Origin: Lingula anatina
Lineage: Eukaryota > Animalia > Brachiopoda
DNA: 64,000 nt
Direction: 5' to 3'
NCBI GenBank assembly: GCA_051362555.1
Contig: CM120642.1
Span: 11,408,001 to 11,472,000 of the forward strand
The translations under genes and the position numbers were made by a program. The stretch's first letter is position 1; the number at the start of each line of letters is the position of its first letter. The notes under the pieces were generated by a model, which searched no databases, had not been told where the DNA came from, and worked only from the letters and a program-made list of their open reading frames with translations. Positions 1 through 13,800 of the stretch are shown in pieces.

Positions 1-256
1 AAAGTTATAGTCAGGTTGTAAAATGAAGAGTACACTAATTTTATTTAAGATATGAATCCAAGCACACACCGTGAAATGCAAACTGAGCTACACAAGAACT
101 GAATTAGTATTTAGCAGGCGTCCATTACATAGGTTCGCATCTTACTTATTATTCCTTTTCGAAAGGCACGTGATGAAGTTCCATCTGCTTACTTGCTCCA
201 AATATTAGGTTTCCTCCGGATATGTTTTAAATTTTAATCTCTTTTTTTTTTCACAG

Positions 257-1086
257 GCAGTCGGGAATCTCCCTCACTGTGTCCGTGGCCAGATTGGGTG
301 CCGCTGTGGCACCACAAGTCCTAGCCCTTGGCCGGATGTATTCGCCTTTGCCATTCATCATTTTGGGGTCCCTTGCTGTTGGTAGCGGCTTGTTGGCCTT
401 ATTACTACCCGAAACTCTTGGGAAATCGCTCCCACAGACTATAGAGGAATGGGATGCCAGACTTAATCATGGCAGGTAACTATATAGTTTTGGCGGTGCA
501 GGGCTGGGCTGAGGCAGGCGGGGCCTGGACATATCTGAAATTCCCTTTAGCCCCTTTTACGCTGGTTATCATTTTTACCGCTTGGAACGAATTTTCGTCC
601 AATATTACCCTAAAAAGTTGGATCTTTGACAAATGTTGATGGTCATCACCAAAATCATAAACCATTGTTAATGAACTTAAAATATTTCAGCCTATTTCTT
701 TTGACACATATACTTTTGTCACATATACTGGGGTGTTTTTTAAAGGTCACATTTCTACCTTAGGCTGATGAACAGATTTTTGATAAATGGCCATTTACGA
801 TAAATCAGACCAAGACATTGTAATTCTGGAATACTCGAGTTCCGTAAGAACCCATTTGAAGACTGCTTTTGGTTTTGCTTATAAATCGAAACAAATTTGT
901 TAAATGTTTGTTTTGAGTTTTCTTTTCTTTGTAAGCCTTAATTTTACTGTGGACCACGAGAGCGTTGACCGTCAAACTGGTGAAGAGTTGAAAGACCAAA
1001 GTAATGACAGTGTTGACGTTGACGGTAAACGTGCCAATGGAGCTGAGCGGCTGGAACTCGGAGCCCTTAATGTGACAAATATTTAA
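257..1086 (+). CDS. SLC22/organic cation transporter-like, paralogue A (last two coding exons only; gene starts before the window)
   Basis: Exon 257-475 (cag| ... ag|gtaac) encodes ...SVARLGAAVAPQ...LLLPETLGKSLPQTIEE, the SLC22 TM11-12 and PETxG motif. A phase-2-compatible terminal exon 936-1086 (SLNFTVDHES...VTNI*) follows. AATAAA at 1200 and 1461. Confidence 0.85.
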
Positions 1087-1788
1087 CCCATCTCCCCATC
1101 TTCATCCATTACAACCGTTGGCGCCCGGGTTTGGAACTATCAATAGTCATGTTTGGCTAACTAAAATAGTCTGGTAATCGGTGGACTGAGACTGAGATTA
1201 ATAAATGTTTACGTATCTCTTTCTTTTAAGATATTACTTTTAAAAGTATAATTCTTATTGGTTAGCTTAAATATAAATGTGCATTTCAGTTTGGTTCAAG
1301 GATTTGGGCAAATTGTACTGTCAAGAATATACGCCGTACACAAATATTATTTTATAAATTTTTTGACGTTTATTGACCATGAAATGACATGTTCCTTGCG
1401 AAGGAATAGTCTTACTTAAAATCATGTCAAATAGACCGAATTTCTAATACACTGAAACTCAATAAAATGTTTTATGTGTTTTAAACTTCTAGCAACGTAT
1501 GTAGTAATTTGTACAGATATTGACTACGATCAGCATTTTTATTGTAGTTCACTTCATCTGGATGGATCTGTCATAGTTAAGTGTGAAATGATCAAATAAT
1601 CACGAGCTTAAAATTCGCGAGCTGATCTGAGCTACAGGTACTATTTCGAGTCACGTTTTACTTTATACTTTTTACACCTTAAGATCAATTCTCAATACGA
1701 ATACAACTGGTATAACTCTCTTAGCCTGAGTGGTTTTACATACTTTTAAACTCATTTGTGCTCCATCACTACTTCATGCGTCCAAGGA

Positions 1789-1855
1789 GTAAAAGGCATC
1801 TTCAATTGCTGTTTTCTATGTGTAAAAGGCATCTTCAATTGCTGTTTTGTATGTA
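1789..1855. repeat. Short tandem duplication (2 x ~33 bp)
   Basis: gtaaaaggcatcttcaattgctgtttt(c/g)tatgt occurs twice in direct succession. Confidence 0.85.
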
Positions 1856-2312
1856 ATTCGTTCACTGGACCACTTCACTGCCTAATGCATTGTCACCACG
1901 TGCATAGCGCATCGCACTTCTGTTAATCTAACAGTGGTATCCGCAACAAGTTTTTTTTTTTTTATGCAACATGGAAGTCAGCTTCAGATTTCTGTAAGGC
2001 TAAACCTGGATGAGATGTTAATGATTTGCCAATTTCGTACATGGCGGCAAGAAATGCAACATACTTAGTCGGTGTCACCGTAACGGCTGCCTTTATCACT
2101 TCTAAACAATTTAAAATATTCTAAATATTTTATGAACTGTAGTGAAAATAACACCACAGCCAGAAAAATTTGACATCTTATGTGACAATCTCCTTTTTAA
2201 CAGGTTTTAAAACTGACCAATCAGAGGCCTAGTTATGAGTAATAATGAAAGACAGTAAACTACATGCATACTATTCATAATAGGGCACTGTAACTGACCA
2301 ATCAAAGGCTAA

Positions 2313-2526
2313 GGGCGCATTCCCATAGATTTTAGATCGATCTATCCCCGTGGGGAGTCTCACTAGATTACTGTCAGATAATCCGGCTTAAATGTCCGTC
2401 CCGCCTACTACAAGCTGTAAGGGGGTAATTAACTTTCGTGCCCGCTCGGCTGACAGCTATTTAGCGTGAACCCCCAGGGAGTTAGGTCGATCTAGTTGGA
2501 TCGATTTAATCTCTGGGAATGGGGTC
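2313..2526. mobile_element. MITE, PIF/Harbinger-like
   Basis: Imperfect TIRs GGGCGCATTCCCATAGATT ... AATCTCTGGGAATGGGGTC, flanked by TAA on both sides (2310-2312, 2527-2529). Confidence 0.6.
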
Positions 2527-2670
2527 TAAGAATTTTACGAAGGGTATAATAATTCAAATTTTGTCTTTCTCAATATAACTGTTTTACATAGGGTGTCATA
2601 AGCTGAGGTAGGCGAGGCACTTGAACTCCCAATGTGAAAGACCCAAGTGAAGAGGTCTCGATCCACTTCA

Positions 2671-5600
2671 CTATGTTGCAATTTGGTCACTTTTCATATT
2701 TTCAAGTTCCACTTCGTCAGCGTCTCTTTCATCTTTTTGCGCTTGATTTTTCAAACTGGAAAGATAAAACAACAAAAAGAGCGTAAATTTCATACAGAAA
2801 GGAGCCAAAGTACCCACATTTCAAATATTGAATTGTTATGAAGTCCGATAGACAATAGGAGACTTTAAGGAAATACAGTGATAATTACAAATGGATATAT
2901 ATTAATTTTACAGAAATGTTAAGGAATTGCGTTTTGGGAACCTAAGACTACATGTAACAATACAATCGGAAACACACTTCTTGACGTTTTTAACGTATAA
3001 TATGCATGTATACAGCTGTGGAACAGGTTAATATTAAGTACAGGAAAACTTTAATATATAATAAACCATTCAATAATTAAAAGGCAAGTTACAATGGCAA
3101 ATAACTTGAAACTGTTAATATATATATATTCTTTAAAATCAATAGACATTGCACGTCGGTCATAAGCACTAGTTTATTTTTTAAAATAGCCACCAGGTAA
3201 AGGGAAGCGGGGCAAGAATAGATAAACTGCTTTCGTAGTTCTAATTTGAATGACAATAAAATCACTACCTCCTGCCATTGAGTTCTATGTCCCATGCCTC
3301 TAAGGTCTGTAACAGTGGCTTTCCTCGGGTCTCCGGGAGGAAAAAAGACACAAATCCTCCAGTTATGGCCAAGGAACCAAGTATGATGAAGGGCAGTGGC
3401 TGATATATAGTTTTGAGAAATAAAATTTGTGAGGCCAGAACACCTCCCATTCTGCCAAAGGAAACACAGAAACTAAGGCCAGTGTGCCTGAAAATAGAAG
3501 ATTAATTCCATCAACACGAATTGGACCCAAAAAGGATTTTAAATTTTTACCAGCAAAGAAGATTAAAAGATTATTTCCATCAACACAAATTTGACCCAAA
3601 AAGGATTTTAAAAGTACATGAAGCTTAAACCAAAATAATTCGGTCGGACACCAGAAGTATGTTATAAGTACAACACGAGGAAAGAAAAGCGACAGAGAGA
3701 TTAAAATAATTAAACACCACTTACTCTAATCTCGCAATGTCGTTTCAGTTAACAGTAAGCATGTTGATTAGTGGATTTATAAAATCTCAAATGCCAAACA
3801 ATAGTGGGATACCTTATAACAGTGGGATAAACTTCAGACACGACGAGGTCATTGAGTGCACCAGCTGCGCAGATCAGCATTTTGCCCGCCACTGCTGATA
3901 CAATGACTAACCACTGGAAATCTAAAACGAACATCATGATTCGGGTTAATTTTCTACTTGATCATTTTTCGAATTTCAAAATGATCAGCTAGAAAATTCT
4001 TAATTTAATATCGTGGTTTTGAGATCTTTGATACTTCACATACGCATATTCATACGCAATATGACACAGAAAATGATATGTTACTTGGATTCGTATGAGA
4101 ATAAAACATTATCCTAACATAACAAAATCAATTTAGGTCAAATAACTTTGATATGTGGAGGAAATAATGTGTTTTCCCTTTCTGAAAAAGCACTGATGAG
4201 TTTTAAGTACATACACACACTGGACAATAGAAGTGTCACCCCTACTGAAGCAATACTTTGGGGGGAGATAAGTGGCTATGGAATGATATGCTACTGGTAT
4301 CAATTTATTAACATCAAATGTCACAAAAAAACCCAACAATACATTTCCATGGTACAGCGGTTTTATACTCATTTGTCACATTATAAGTAGACCAGGCACT
4401 ATAATTACTCAAGATTTACCTACTTTGATTACTCTGATTCAGGGGGTGACACTTCTATTGTACATGTACATGTTACCAACCTTTGGGTATCAAACCAGAC
4501 GCTATGCAGGCTAAACCACCAAAGAATAAAGTAGAGACCAGTAGTTTTCGTCGTCCTGTTTTATCAAGAATGATCGAAGAAAGTACTACAATTGGCAAAT
4601 CTGCGGCGCCCAATAAGGCGAAGTTCAGGTAAATATTGCCTCCCAATCCCTGAGCATTTAAAGCAAGTCCGTAGTAGGCCACAGCGAATGAAAGTCTAAA
4701 ACGTAATCGTGCCTTATTTGTTAAAATGTAAACACATTGTAAGATATACACTATACATATGCACGTTTCAACCCTCCATTGTGTATCAACACGCTAACAT
4801 CACATTCAAAGCATTTTACATCTTAAAATTTTGACAAAACATTTTGTGAACCCTTGTGGCTAGAAGTGAACATAAGCACCGTAGAGCGGTTCAAAATATT
4901 CTACATATTGACGAAGAAAAATTATCAAAGGTAATATAATACTATTATATACAAAATATTAATGTAATACTGCTCAGCCAAAAATAAACGTCAGTTACGA
5001 TAATTCAATACAATTAATATATATATATATTTTTTTCCTTTTTTAAAAAAGATATCCATTCTGTTTCTGTCAGACTAATAAACATCGCAGAAAAAGCGGA
5101 CATTATGTCCATAAAAATTTCTTACCTGCAAAACGCAAGCTTAAAAGTCAGAACAGTTCTCTTCCAGGTCCTGAACAGATCCAGCTGAGAGTGTGTTTTT
5201 GTTTGTTTTTCCTCATCTCCCTCTTTTAAAAGCCGTTCCCATGTATCTTCTTCTAATTTAACCTTGTTTACTCGTGCTGCTTTAGTGATTATTCTTTTAG
5301 CCTCTTTGTGTCTTCCTCGTGATAGCAACCATCTCACCGACTCGTTGAAAATACTGGTGTGCAAAAAAAAAATAAATAAATAAATAAATAATAATAATAA
5401 ATAAATAAATAAATAAAAATAAATAAATTGGTAATAGCAATAAAATAAAATGCACTTTACCTTCACTGCGGGAATTGGATTTTTCCGTTTTAATTATGCA
5501 TTAAGATAATAATATAAGTCTAACTAAATTTATTGCCAAAGTACTGATATAAATGTCCCAACCAAGCCATACTTACAAATAAAAGAATATAATAATAACA

Positions 5601-7679
5601 GCGGGTGAGCAAGCTACCAAAGCCAGATAGCGCCAATTTCTGAGGAAATATGCCTCAAGTGCCAGAAGCGTGTGTCCTAAGCCAAAGGATATTGCCATGC
5701 CCATTCCTATTAATTTTCTGTACTTTGTTCCCACCAGTTCCATACCTAGTGGTGCGAAAGGGACGTCATCATTCGCACATAATCCACTTTAAAATTCATA
5801 TGCAGTTTGTCAATTGATTTTCACCTTGAAATAGCAATGCATTTTAAAACATATTAATTTTTGGTCATCATGGACAACATAGGCCCGGGTACTCTAGTGA
5901 GTTATACGGCCTGCACTTTAGTAAGAGAAAGGAGGTCTGTTTGCTCAAAGATGTGTCACAGTTTAGAAAACGAAATAACTGCCTTTACTCACCCATTGTA
6001 TAAAGTGATATGTACATGCTGGAATCACTGGCACCTTGAATAACATAGAGGATACAGAAAACCGCCATATTAGGAGAAAACGCTAACCCAATACCAGAGG
6101 CTGTCAATACTACAACACTTCCCAAGAAAATAGGCCTACGTCCAAACCTGAAAAACTGTGTAGTTTATTTCTCGTGGCAAAACTTCCGCTCAAACACAGG
6201 GTAGTTTAGACCGGAAATCTAACTTAATGCGCCATAGGCACCACATCGTGTAATACGGTAAACAGGGAAATAGTAACCTAATGCAAGAACCCAACTGTAT
6301 TGGAGTAAGGTTATCACAGAATGACATATTTTGTTTAAGAGATATTCAAAGGTGTGAATGCAGCGCTAGATTTTATTGACCATATTATAAAATTATACGT
6401 GGCGTGGTTGATAAAATATCAATGCATTAAAAAATTGAACTAAACGTGTTTTTTACAGAAAGTTATTGCAAACACTTCTTTGGCGTTTATTTACGAAAGG
6501 ATATATGATCTAAAAATCCGATCATGCGACACATGTACAGAAAACTCAACTTCAGGAATTATTGATCATCATTTCAAGTGACAAAGAAGTGCAAAATGCC
6601 CACCCCAGTTAAAAAGCTGTTCTTCAAATATGTGCTTTCTTAGCAGTTGAAGAAATGTCCATTTAGAATTACATGTACAATGTATTAAGTTACCTGTCTG
6701 AGAGAATCCCTGACACCAAAATTGCCACCAGTTTACCACCAAAGAAAACGGAACTGCACGTGCTCAGCTGCCACGCGTTGTCGCACGTGAGGTCAAACTG
6801 AAAATATCACGTGGAACAAATGGGTATAAGACAATAAATGAACTGAAACCTTTTAGGGAGAATAATTTAACAGCAGGAAACTTCTAATTTACTGTGACAT
6901 GACAGTCAATGTAGAACGCGCGTTTTAATTACATTCGGTATATCGATCGAATGACTGTAATTATCTTGCTTATTGCGTTATAAACAAGATTGTTTGGTGA
7001 CGTTTCTCCAGTTATTGCTAATGTTCGAGATGAAAATGAAAAAGGGGCATTTAATAATTTCTTAATTGAAATGAATAAACAGGTGTGACAACGTCACGGT
7101 GCACTTTGAATAGGCAAACGTTATGTCGCTGTGGCCATATATATCTACCTCGGAAACAATGGTGGCCTGATACTCGTCCGTACTGTAGTATCTGCCAACA
7201 GGACATGGGTACGTCTCCTGTGATTTCCAAACAGTGCTATTCCACAGACTATCCGAGGAGGTTGTCAAATTCACCGTCTGCGCATACTCAACATCACTCT
7301 CTAAAGAGGTAGTCATAAGACGCTGCAATAATCCGAAAGTGGAAGCATTTGCTGCAGTTATATTTTGAAACACGGGAATAGAGCCGTTGGTTAACGTTAT
7401 ATCCATGCGGTATAATGCACAGCCATTTCGCTTGCCGTATTTCGTATAAGGCACGTTCATGTCTAGAAGTTGCTCTTTTGACACATTCCCATACGTTCTT
7501 GATACATACTCTAAACGTTCCTGGGGTATTTTACAATGATGAAAGGGCTCTGCGCCGTAGAAGACCACCCCCAGTGTAGATATCACAGAGTAAAAAGCGA
7601 CGACGCATATTAGAGCACATCTTTGCTTTTGATAGATTCCGAATTCTCCCAAAATCTTCAAGAAATCGTCGAAGTTCAT
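2671..7679 (-). CDS. SLC22/organic cation transporter-like, paralogue B (9 coding exons)
   Basis: Exons 7679-7149, 6797-6694 (104 nt), 6147-5993 (155 nt), 5745-5577, 5353-5126, 4695-4481, 3921-3813, 3487-3269, 2755-2671; all GT-AG and phase-compatible. Motifs MNFDDFLKILGEFGIYQ, TIVSEFDLTC, DRFGRRP, ESVRWL, EVYPTVIR, LPETRGKPL. Confidence 0.92.
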
Positions 7680-8349
7680 CTTCGTTGAAGCACAGTCGCG
7701 CGCGCCTTTGAATAAGGACTGTGAAAAATCCCAGTTTGAAAATGTACCAAATCAACTACAACCAGGCGCAGAGATTGTGATCCCAGTTGAACTCGTTAGG
7801 CCTGAGGGTATTCAAGTCTAAACCTTCACCTTGATTTATATCACAGTGGGAACCTCCTGGAGACAAAGAAATGTCACAGTAATTGAATATCGATTTTTTT
7901 TGTATGGCTCTCTAAGGACTACACATAGATATGAGTCCTAATGAGCTTTTGTTACTGCCTTGTTTCTTTAATATGATGCCAGGTGGTAGATATTTTGATA
8001 AAAAATATTTAAATAAGGTGTCAGCGTAGGAAAGAATATCGAAATCCTTAAAAAAATTATCCAAGTGAAAATATTATCAGTACACTCGCACTTTTATGCG
8101 CTTGAACTTCGTAACAAAACATATTTGTTTCTTACTATATTTTAATATATTTAAATATAATTAAAATTACAACAAAGAACAACAAACCTCCCAGGTAGAT
8201 ACTACACTGTACCTCTACAGTACCCGGTTTATGAACAGCAACATCTGATTGCTTCGCACTGCAGTCTGGATCATCTTGAACTGTCACCCACGTCGGATTT
8301 GCATACGTACATGTACATGACGGCGCGTCACACAGATTCTGTAATGTAA

Positions 8350-8359
8350 ATCACGTGAC
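8350..8359. promoter_or_regulatory. Palindromic E-box (ATCACGTGAC; SREBP/USF/TFEB-type) between the divergent SLC22 genes
   Basis: Direct motif match upstream of paralogue B; function not shown. Confidence 0.3.
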
Positions 8360-8621
8360 ATCTGAAGAAAAAACTGACAGTAAGAGCAGGGGGCCTGTTT
8401 TACATTAGGTCTTAAGTCTGTTCTGGGGTTAAGACCTCATCTTACATGTATAAAAACTAAGCGAAATGGGTTCCGCCTCACAAAGAGTCTGAAATTAAAG
8501 CCCGCTCACCTCGCTTTTTACGGCCTTTTAACTAAGCTCCTTATTAGCAAATCGGTTTTTATTCTCAGCAGCAATACATGTTACAATGTAGTAGATTCTT
8601 TAATTAATAGTTTTATCATGA

Positions 8622-8789
8622 CAGGGGCGGATTTAGGTCGTCTTCTTGGTCTTCCGGAAGACGGTCAGATTTTGAAGTTTACATTGACGGGTATCTATTT
8701 TTTTCTGTCGGAAGACGGTCAAAAATGGAGGATGGATCAACAAAGATAATTTGGAAGACTGTCAGAAAATATCTCTGGATCCGCCCCTG
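8622..8789. mobile_element. MITE with CAG termini and 5-bp TSD (hAT-like)
   Basis: TIR CAGGGGCGGAT ... ATCCGCCCCTG; flanking direct repeat CATGA at 8617-8621 and 8790-8794. Confidence 0.8.
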
Positions 8790-9595
8790 CATGATAACTA
8801 TTTTTTGTGAAACAGACACTGGGTGCCAAGTTAAGTTACATGTACATGTACCTGCTTTATGACCGCACTGTACAACCTTAGTGTAATCCATGCGAGTTTG
8901 TCAATTTAAAGGGTGATATACAGCCGTCAATACCTCTGCAACGGAGAAATGAACGAGAACGTATAACGCCAAGCAAGTCCACTTACATCTATGCATCAAC
9001 AACAGCAAAACCACATAGCCAAACGTACTGCTTGTCTTAAAGACAATTTTGTGAAAGGAGGCATCTAAAACCTCGGCCTTAAAGACAAGTATCCGCTTGA
9101 TTGATCGAGTTAATGACCTAAAAAAAGAAATAAGGTTACTGAGGTAAGATTTTCACTGTGATACGGCTAGTTTGACCTTTACGACACCTTGTTTTTTAGT
9201 CATCTCGGCAATAATTCTGGGTCATCTGCGATAACATGAACGCAAACATTCTCAATTCCGATCAAGTGTACTGTTTCCTGTGCTTTTTTTCTACAGCGCG
9301 ACAGCCAAGAATCGTGTCCTGAATTAGCCTGAGAGATATCCGTGAATTTCAAGTGAAAAATCAGTCTAAAAAACAACAATAATAACATTAATTAATTAAA
9401 ACGCAACAAAGGAAAAAAACAGTGGACATTTTGCAGCTTGCCGATCACAAAAAAAAGAGCTAGACGTTCATTAAGACATCAGGAAACTGCCACCCCAAAT
9501 AGGTGTTTCAGTATATTGAGTCTTAACATACACGTAGATTACCTTTGATCAAGGCTTTAGACCATTTTTTTTAAATCATATGTTAGTGTAACTAC

Positions 9596-9629
9596 GTTTT
9601 ACCAAGGAGTTATAACTCCTTGGTTTTAC
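9596..9629. repeat. 20-bp perfect palindrome with 7-bp flanking duplication (transposon footprint-like)
   Basis: gttttac-CAAGGAGTTATAACTCCTTG-gttttac. Confidence 0.7.
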
Positions 9630-9681
9630 TTGGTGCTTAGTATATACCTACTCTGCATGTGCCACGGCAGGCCTACTGTAC

Positions 9682-9720
9682 CTCAAATCATGGACAAAAT
9701 AATTTTGTCCATGCTCAAAT
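9682..9720. repeat. 25-bp hairpin with 7-bp flanking duplication (transposon footprint-like)
   Basis: ctcaaat-CATGGACAAAA-TAA-TTTTGTCCATG-ctcaaat. Confidence 0.7.
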
Positions 9721-10874
9721 TACATCATAAACAGCAGGTGGGGTTAGTCTCATCGGGCAAGCTACAGCCTCCCCTTGCGTTCCCGTCTAAACTTACGCAA
9801 TAGCAAAACTAACATACCAGTACACCCAACATAGAAACAGAAATTCAAATCCAGAAAACTGTAAGTTTAATGACGTTAGTTTGTCTTTTTCTCTTGTGAA
9901 AATGAAAGCATTAGTTTATTCAGAAAGCATGCGTGCGTAAGTGTTATCACATCCTGTAAATGAAAACTGGACGAAATATTTCATTTAACGACATGCCACA
10001 CGTGATGACGGCCCATACTTACTCTTACGTCTTGTGGTACGTTTAGATATACTAAAATAATGATGCTTAGGTCTAAATGATGTCAATGTGCTTCCATATG
10101 AAGTTAGCCATAGATAGTGGAAACACGCAATAAACCTGTACTCCGCTGGGTTGACTATTTCGACAATACAGTCTTAAAAAGGTAGGCCGTTTATTGTCCC
10201 ACAACCGCGTTTTTTTACTCAGATTCGTGGTACTACTTGGATAATATCCTCGTTCGGTGCTTCAGTTTTAACCTAGATCAGTTCTATTCTAAATCTCTGT
10301 TTGAACGCCTCTCAAAACAGCGAGACTGTATATAGATGAAATGTACACAAGGCAGATGTTAATATCCTGTACATCGACCTATTTAAGCTGTTATGCAAAA
10401 GCACGGTAATCGTGCAGTGGCTGAATAACAGAATAACAGTCGCGCATAGAGCAGAGAACGTGTCAGGTGTACGCATTACAGGACACAGGTTGGTTTTCTG
10501 CACATGTTCAATGTGAACAGTTTGTTTGTTTGGTCTAATTTATATGGTTTATTTAATATCAGCAGTGCATATGCGTCGTTGCTTCAGTTAGTTGGAATTA
10601 TATAACGGAATGAATGCGGGTCTTGTTTACGTTCAGCGAGTTAAGCCCGTGTTAAATTTGTGCTATTTGGAGTTTTCTAGTTTTTGAAGAGGAACTAACA
10701 GAGAAAGTTGCTCTGATAAGCATGCCCTGTTCTTGATCCGAGACTAAATGTAACAAGGACATGTTTACTTACATTAAATCATTCATTTACTTGCCATGTA
10801 ATGGAATTCAAACACGAGTTACGAAGTACAGGTATTTCATTTCATAGCTCCCACGATATCATAATCTAGCTGAT

Positions 10875-13800
10875 ATGCATTTCGACGAGTTTCTAAAGAT
10901 CCTTGGACAATTTGGGACCTACCAGAAGCAGAGGTATACCCTCATCTGCCTTGTAGCCTTGTACTCGGTAGTCTCAATGTTTGGAATTGTATTCTACGGT
11001 GTAGTACCTCAGCATCACTGCAAGATTCCCCAGCACCACGTGGAACATGTAAACAGCACAATCGGCACCGTGACGTCAGAAACCCTGCTTCGTATCACTG
11101 TACCGCACAATGAAGATGGCAAACCCAGCAGCTGTAGCCTATATTCTTTAAATGACTTGTTTTTGAATAGCACAGGTTTTGAAAATGATGTCGTGCCATT
11201 CAATAAAACAGCTTTTGTTCAATACCATATATCTGCCGCAAACGTTGCGTACAAACTTAATCAAACACCTGATGATGTGAATCGTTATCGTTGGTCAAAC
11301 AAATCCGTTCAAACAACGGAATCAAGGGATGGTGGTGAAATTCTTCAAAGTGACAGAAGAAGAAACCAACCCTGCCCAGAAGGACGAGTGTACAGCACAG
11401 ACGTCTACCAGTCCACAATAGTATCAGAGGTATGTATAAAGAGACAGAAACACCAAATCCACCTACCTTTAAGTTAAAGGTAACAGTTCTTCACTTGGAC
11501 AGACTCACATTTCTGCATGAAAACCCCAGTATTAGATCAGTAAACATATGAGGGTCATTATAAAGATGCGTTTTGCAGGGGAAAAACCAGTCATCGTGAA
11601 AAATTGGACATACAGTGCACGTAAAAAAATTCCCGTCTTCACTACAAAAGTGATTCAAAAACGACAAACAGAATAAAGAAAGGGTTTATAGTCCGTTATT
11701 GTGTCTACGGAATTGGGTGAGTGATGACGTTTTCAGAAACATCTTTTTTTGCTAGCTACTTCCTCTTTTCAGTTCGATTTGAGCTGTGAGAATAAATGGC
11801 AGCTAAGAACAACAACCTCTGTATTCTTTGCTGGGAAACTGGCTGCAACGTTACTGTCTGGGATGGCGGCTGACAGGTGAGTATGTATCTCGCTGCAGTA
11901 CCGTCGCTTAAAATTTCTGAAGTCATGCTTACCTATGACCGGTAAAGGCTGCGACTGGTTCATGCTGTACATAATATCATACAGTTTGAGCGATAGACAA
12001 CTAAATAACCTGGGTATCACGTAAGACAGCCACAGAGCCCCCGCGCTCATCCTGATTTATTTTGATTAGTACATAAGAGCTTGTGAAAGAAAAAACTCTT
12101 CATTTCCAGTAGCGTAATTCTTTTGTGTCACGTTCCAGGTTTGGCAGGCGTCCGGTGTTCTTAGTGGGAATGATTCTGCTAGCATTGTCAGGTGTGGCAC
12201 TAGCGTTCTCCCCTAACATGATCGTCTTTACGGTGCTGTATGTGATACAAGGAGCCAGCGATGCCTGTGTATTCCAGTCCATCTACACTCTTGGTAAACG
12301 ACGTTTTTTTCACTTTGCCTTTACTTTTATTTTAGGACTTGTAATTACATTTGAACGATATAAGATGGGCACAGTTTTCAGGGCCGTAGCCTGAGCAAAA
12401 TGTCAGGGGGGCAGTAAGCGGACACGAGGGGGCGAAGCTCCCGAGGGGGGAGGGTGTGGTCGGGGGTGTCCCCCTCCCACGGTGTGGAAATTTTTGAAAA
12501 AATTGTATGTATAATACTGCATTCTGGTGCATTTTAACTGTTATTTACTGCTCAATCGGAAGTCAGAAATTGTGGGTTCATTTTGCCATAAGTACAGTCA
12601 TAAGTACAGCCCCGGAGGCTACGGCCCTGGTTTTGTATGAAGAAAATATACATGTAGTCTACTTTTGGAGAAGGAATTTATACCAGGGAGAGTGGGCCAA
12701 AAAGCGCACTCTCACGTCCGCAGAAGCATGTTTTGTGCACATACTAGTACTGTCAAATTCACCAAACTGCAGCATTTAACCTCCGCCAAGGAGGTGCTAG
12801 TTTGCCTTTGTTGGTTTCATGCATGTTATCCTGAATCCGCCATCTTCACATCTGTTTTGATTTTTTCAGGTATGGAGTGGGTGGGCCCGAAGAAGAGACG
12901 AATTGCAGGGATGGGGATCAGCATCTGTTTTGGACTCGGTCATTCTTTTTTGGCATTGGAGGCGTACTTTCTCCGTAATTGGCGCCATCTAGCGCTGGTG
13001 GCAAGTGCTCCGGGAGTAATATTCATAGCATTCTGGTTGTACGTAACAGTTAACAGTGACAATATATAGCTATATTCTTTCAATCGATATTAAGGTAGCA
13101 TGGAATAGGATAAGTTAAGATAAAAACTGGTTTTGAGAAAAAGAGCTAAGGGCAAAATCCACGGTTGGCTACAGCTTTTTTAAAAAACTTTTTTCATACA
13201 AACAATAAAACTTTATTTAACCCTCAGTTACAATACGTATTCAAGGTATTTTCATAGCTAGCACATGCATTTTCTTACCATTAGCGTATTGGAAACATAA
13301 TCCAAATGCTAGTAACATGTACAGAAAAGACTTGTAAAAGTAGTTGTCATTTTCAGCTTCTTCGGGGAATCTGTACGCTGGCTTCTTGCACGTGGGCGTT
13401 ATGAAGACGCTAAGGTTATCATAGCCAAAGTAGCCAAGACAAATAAAGTTGAATTGGAAGACAGTGTGTGGGAGAGTTTGTTCAAGGAGAAGAGCGAAGT
13501 GAAGCAGACGACACATACTTTTATTGATTTGTTTCGAACCTGGAGGAGAGCGGTCATGACAACTACCCTTGTTTTCGTTTGGTGAGAAATAAAACGTTGA
13601 TGGTAAAATTTATATACTGTATATTCAATGTTGAACATTACAAAATGTGAGACATAAATACGCGTTCTTCTAAAAGATTGTTGACTTATCAGTAGCAAAT
13701 GTGTGACAAAATATTAAATTTTATCTCTAAAAATTTCACCCAGGTTTCATTTATGTCAAACATCTATGTGGTGTTGGGAGCAAATGTCATGAGACGTCAG

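Noticed and set aside
473-479. In-frame stop directly at the last donor site in all three SLC22 genes (AG|GTAA, AG|GTAG)
   Set aside because: Expected by chance for any phase-2 intron with the GTAA/GTAG consensus; proper terminal exons exist downstream.
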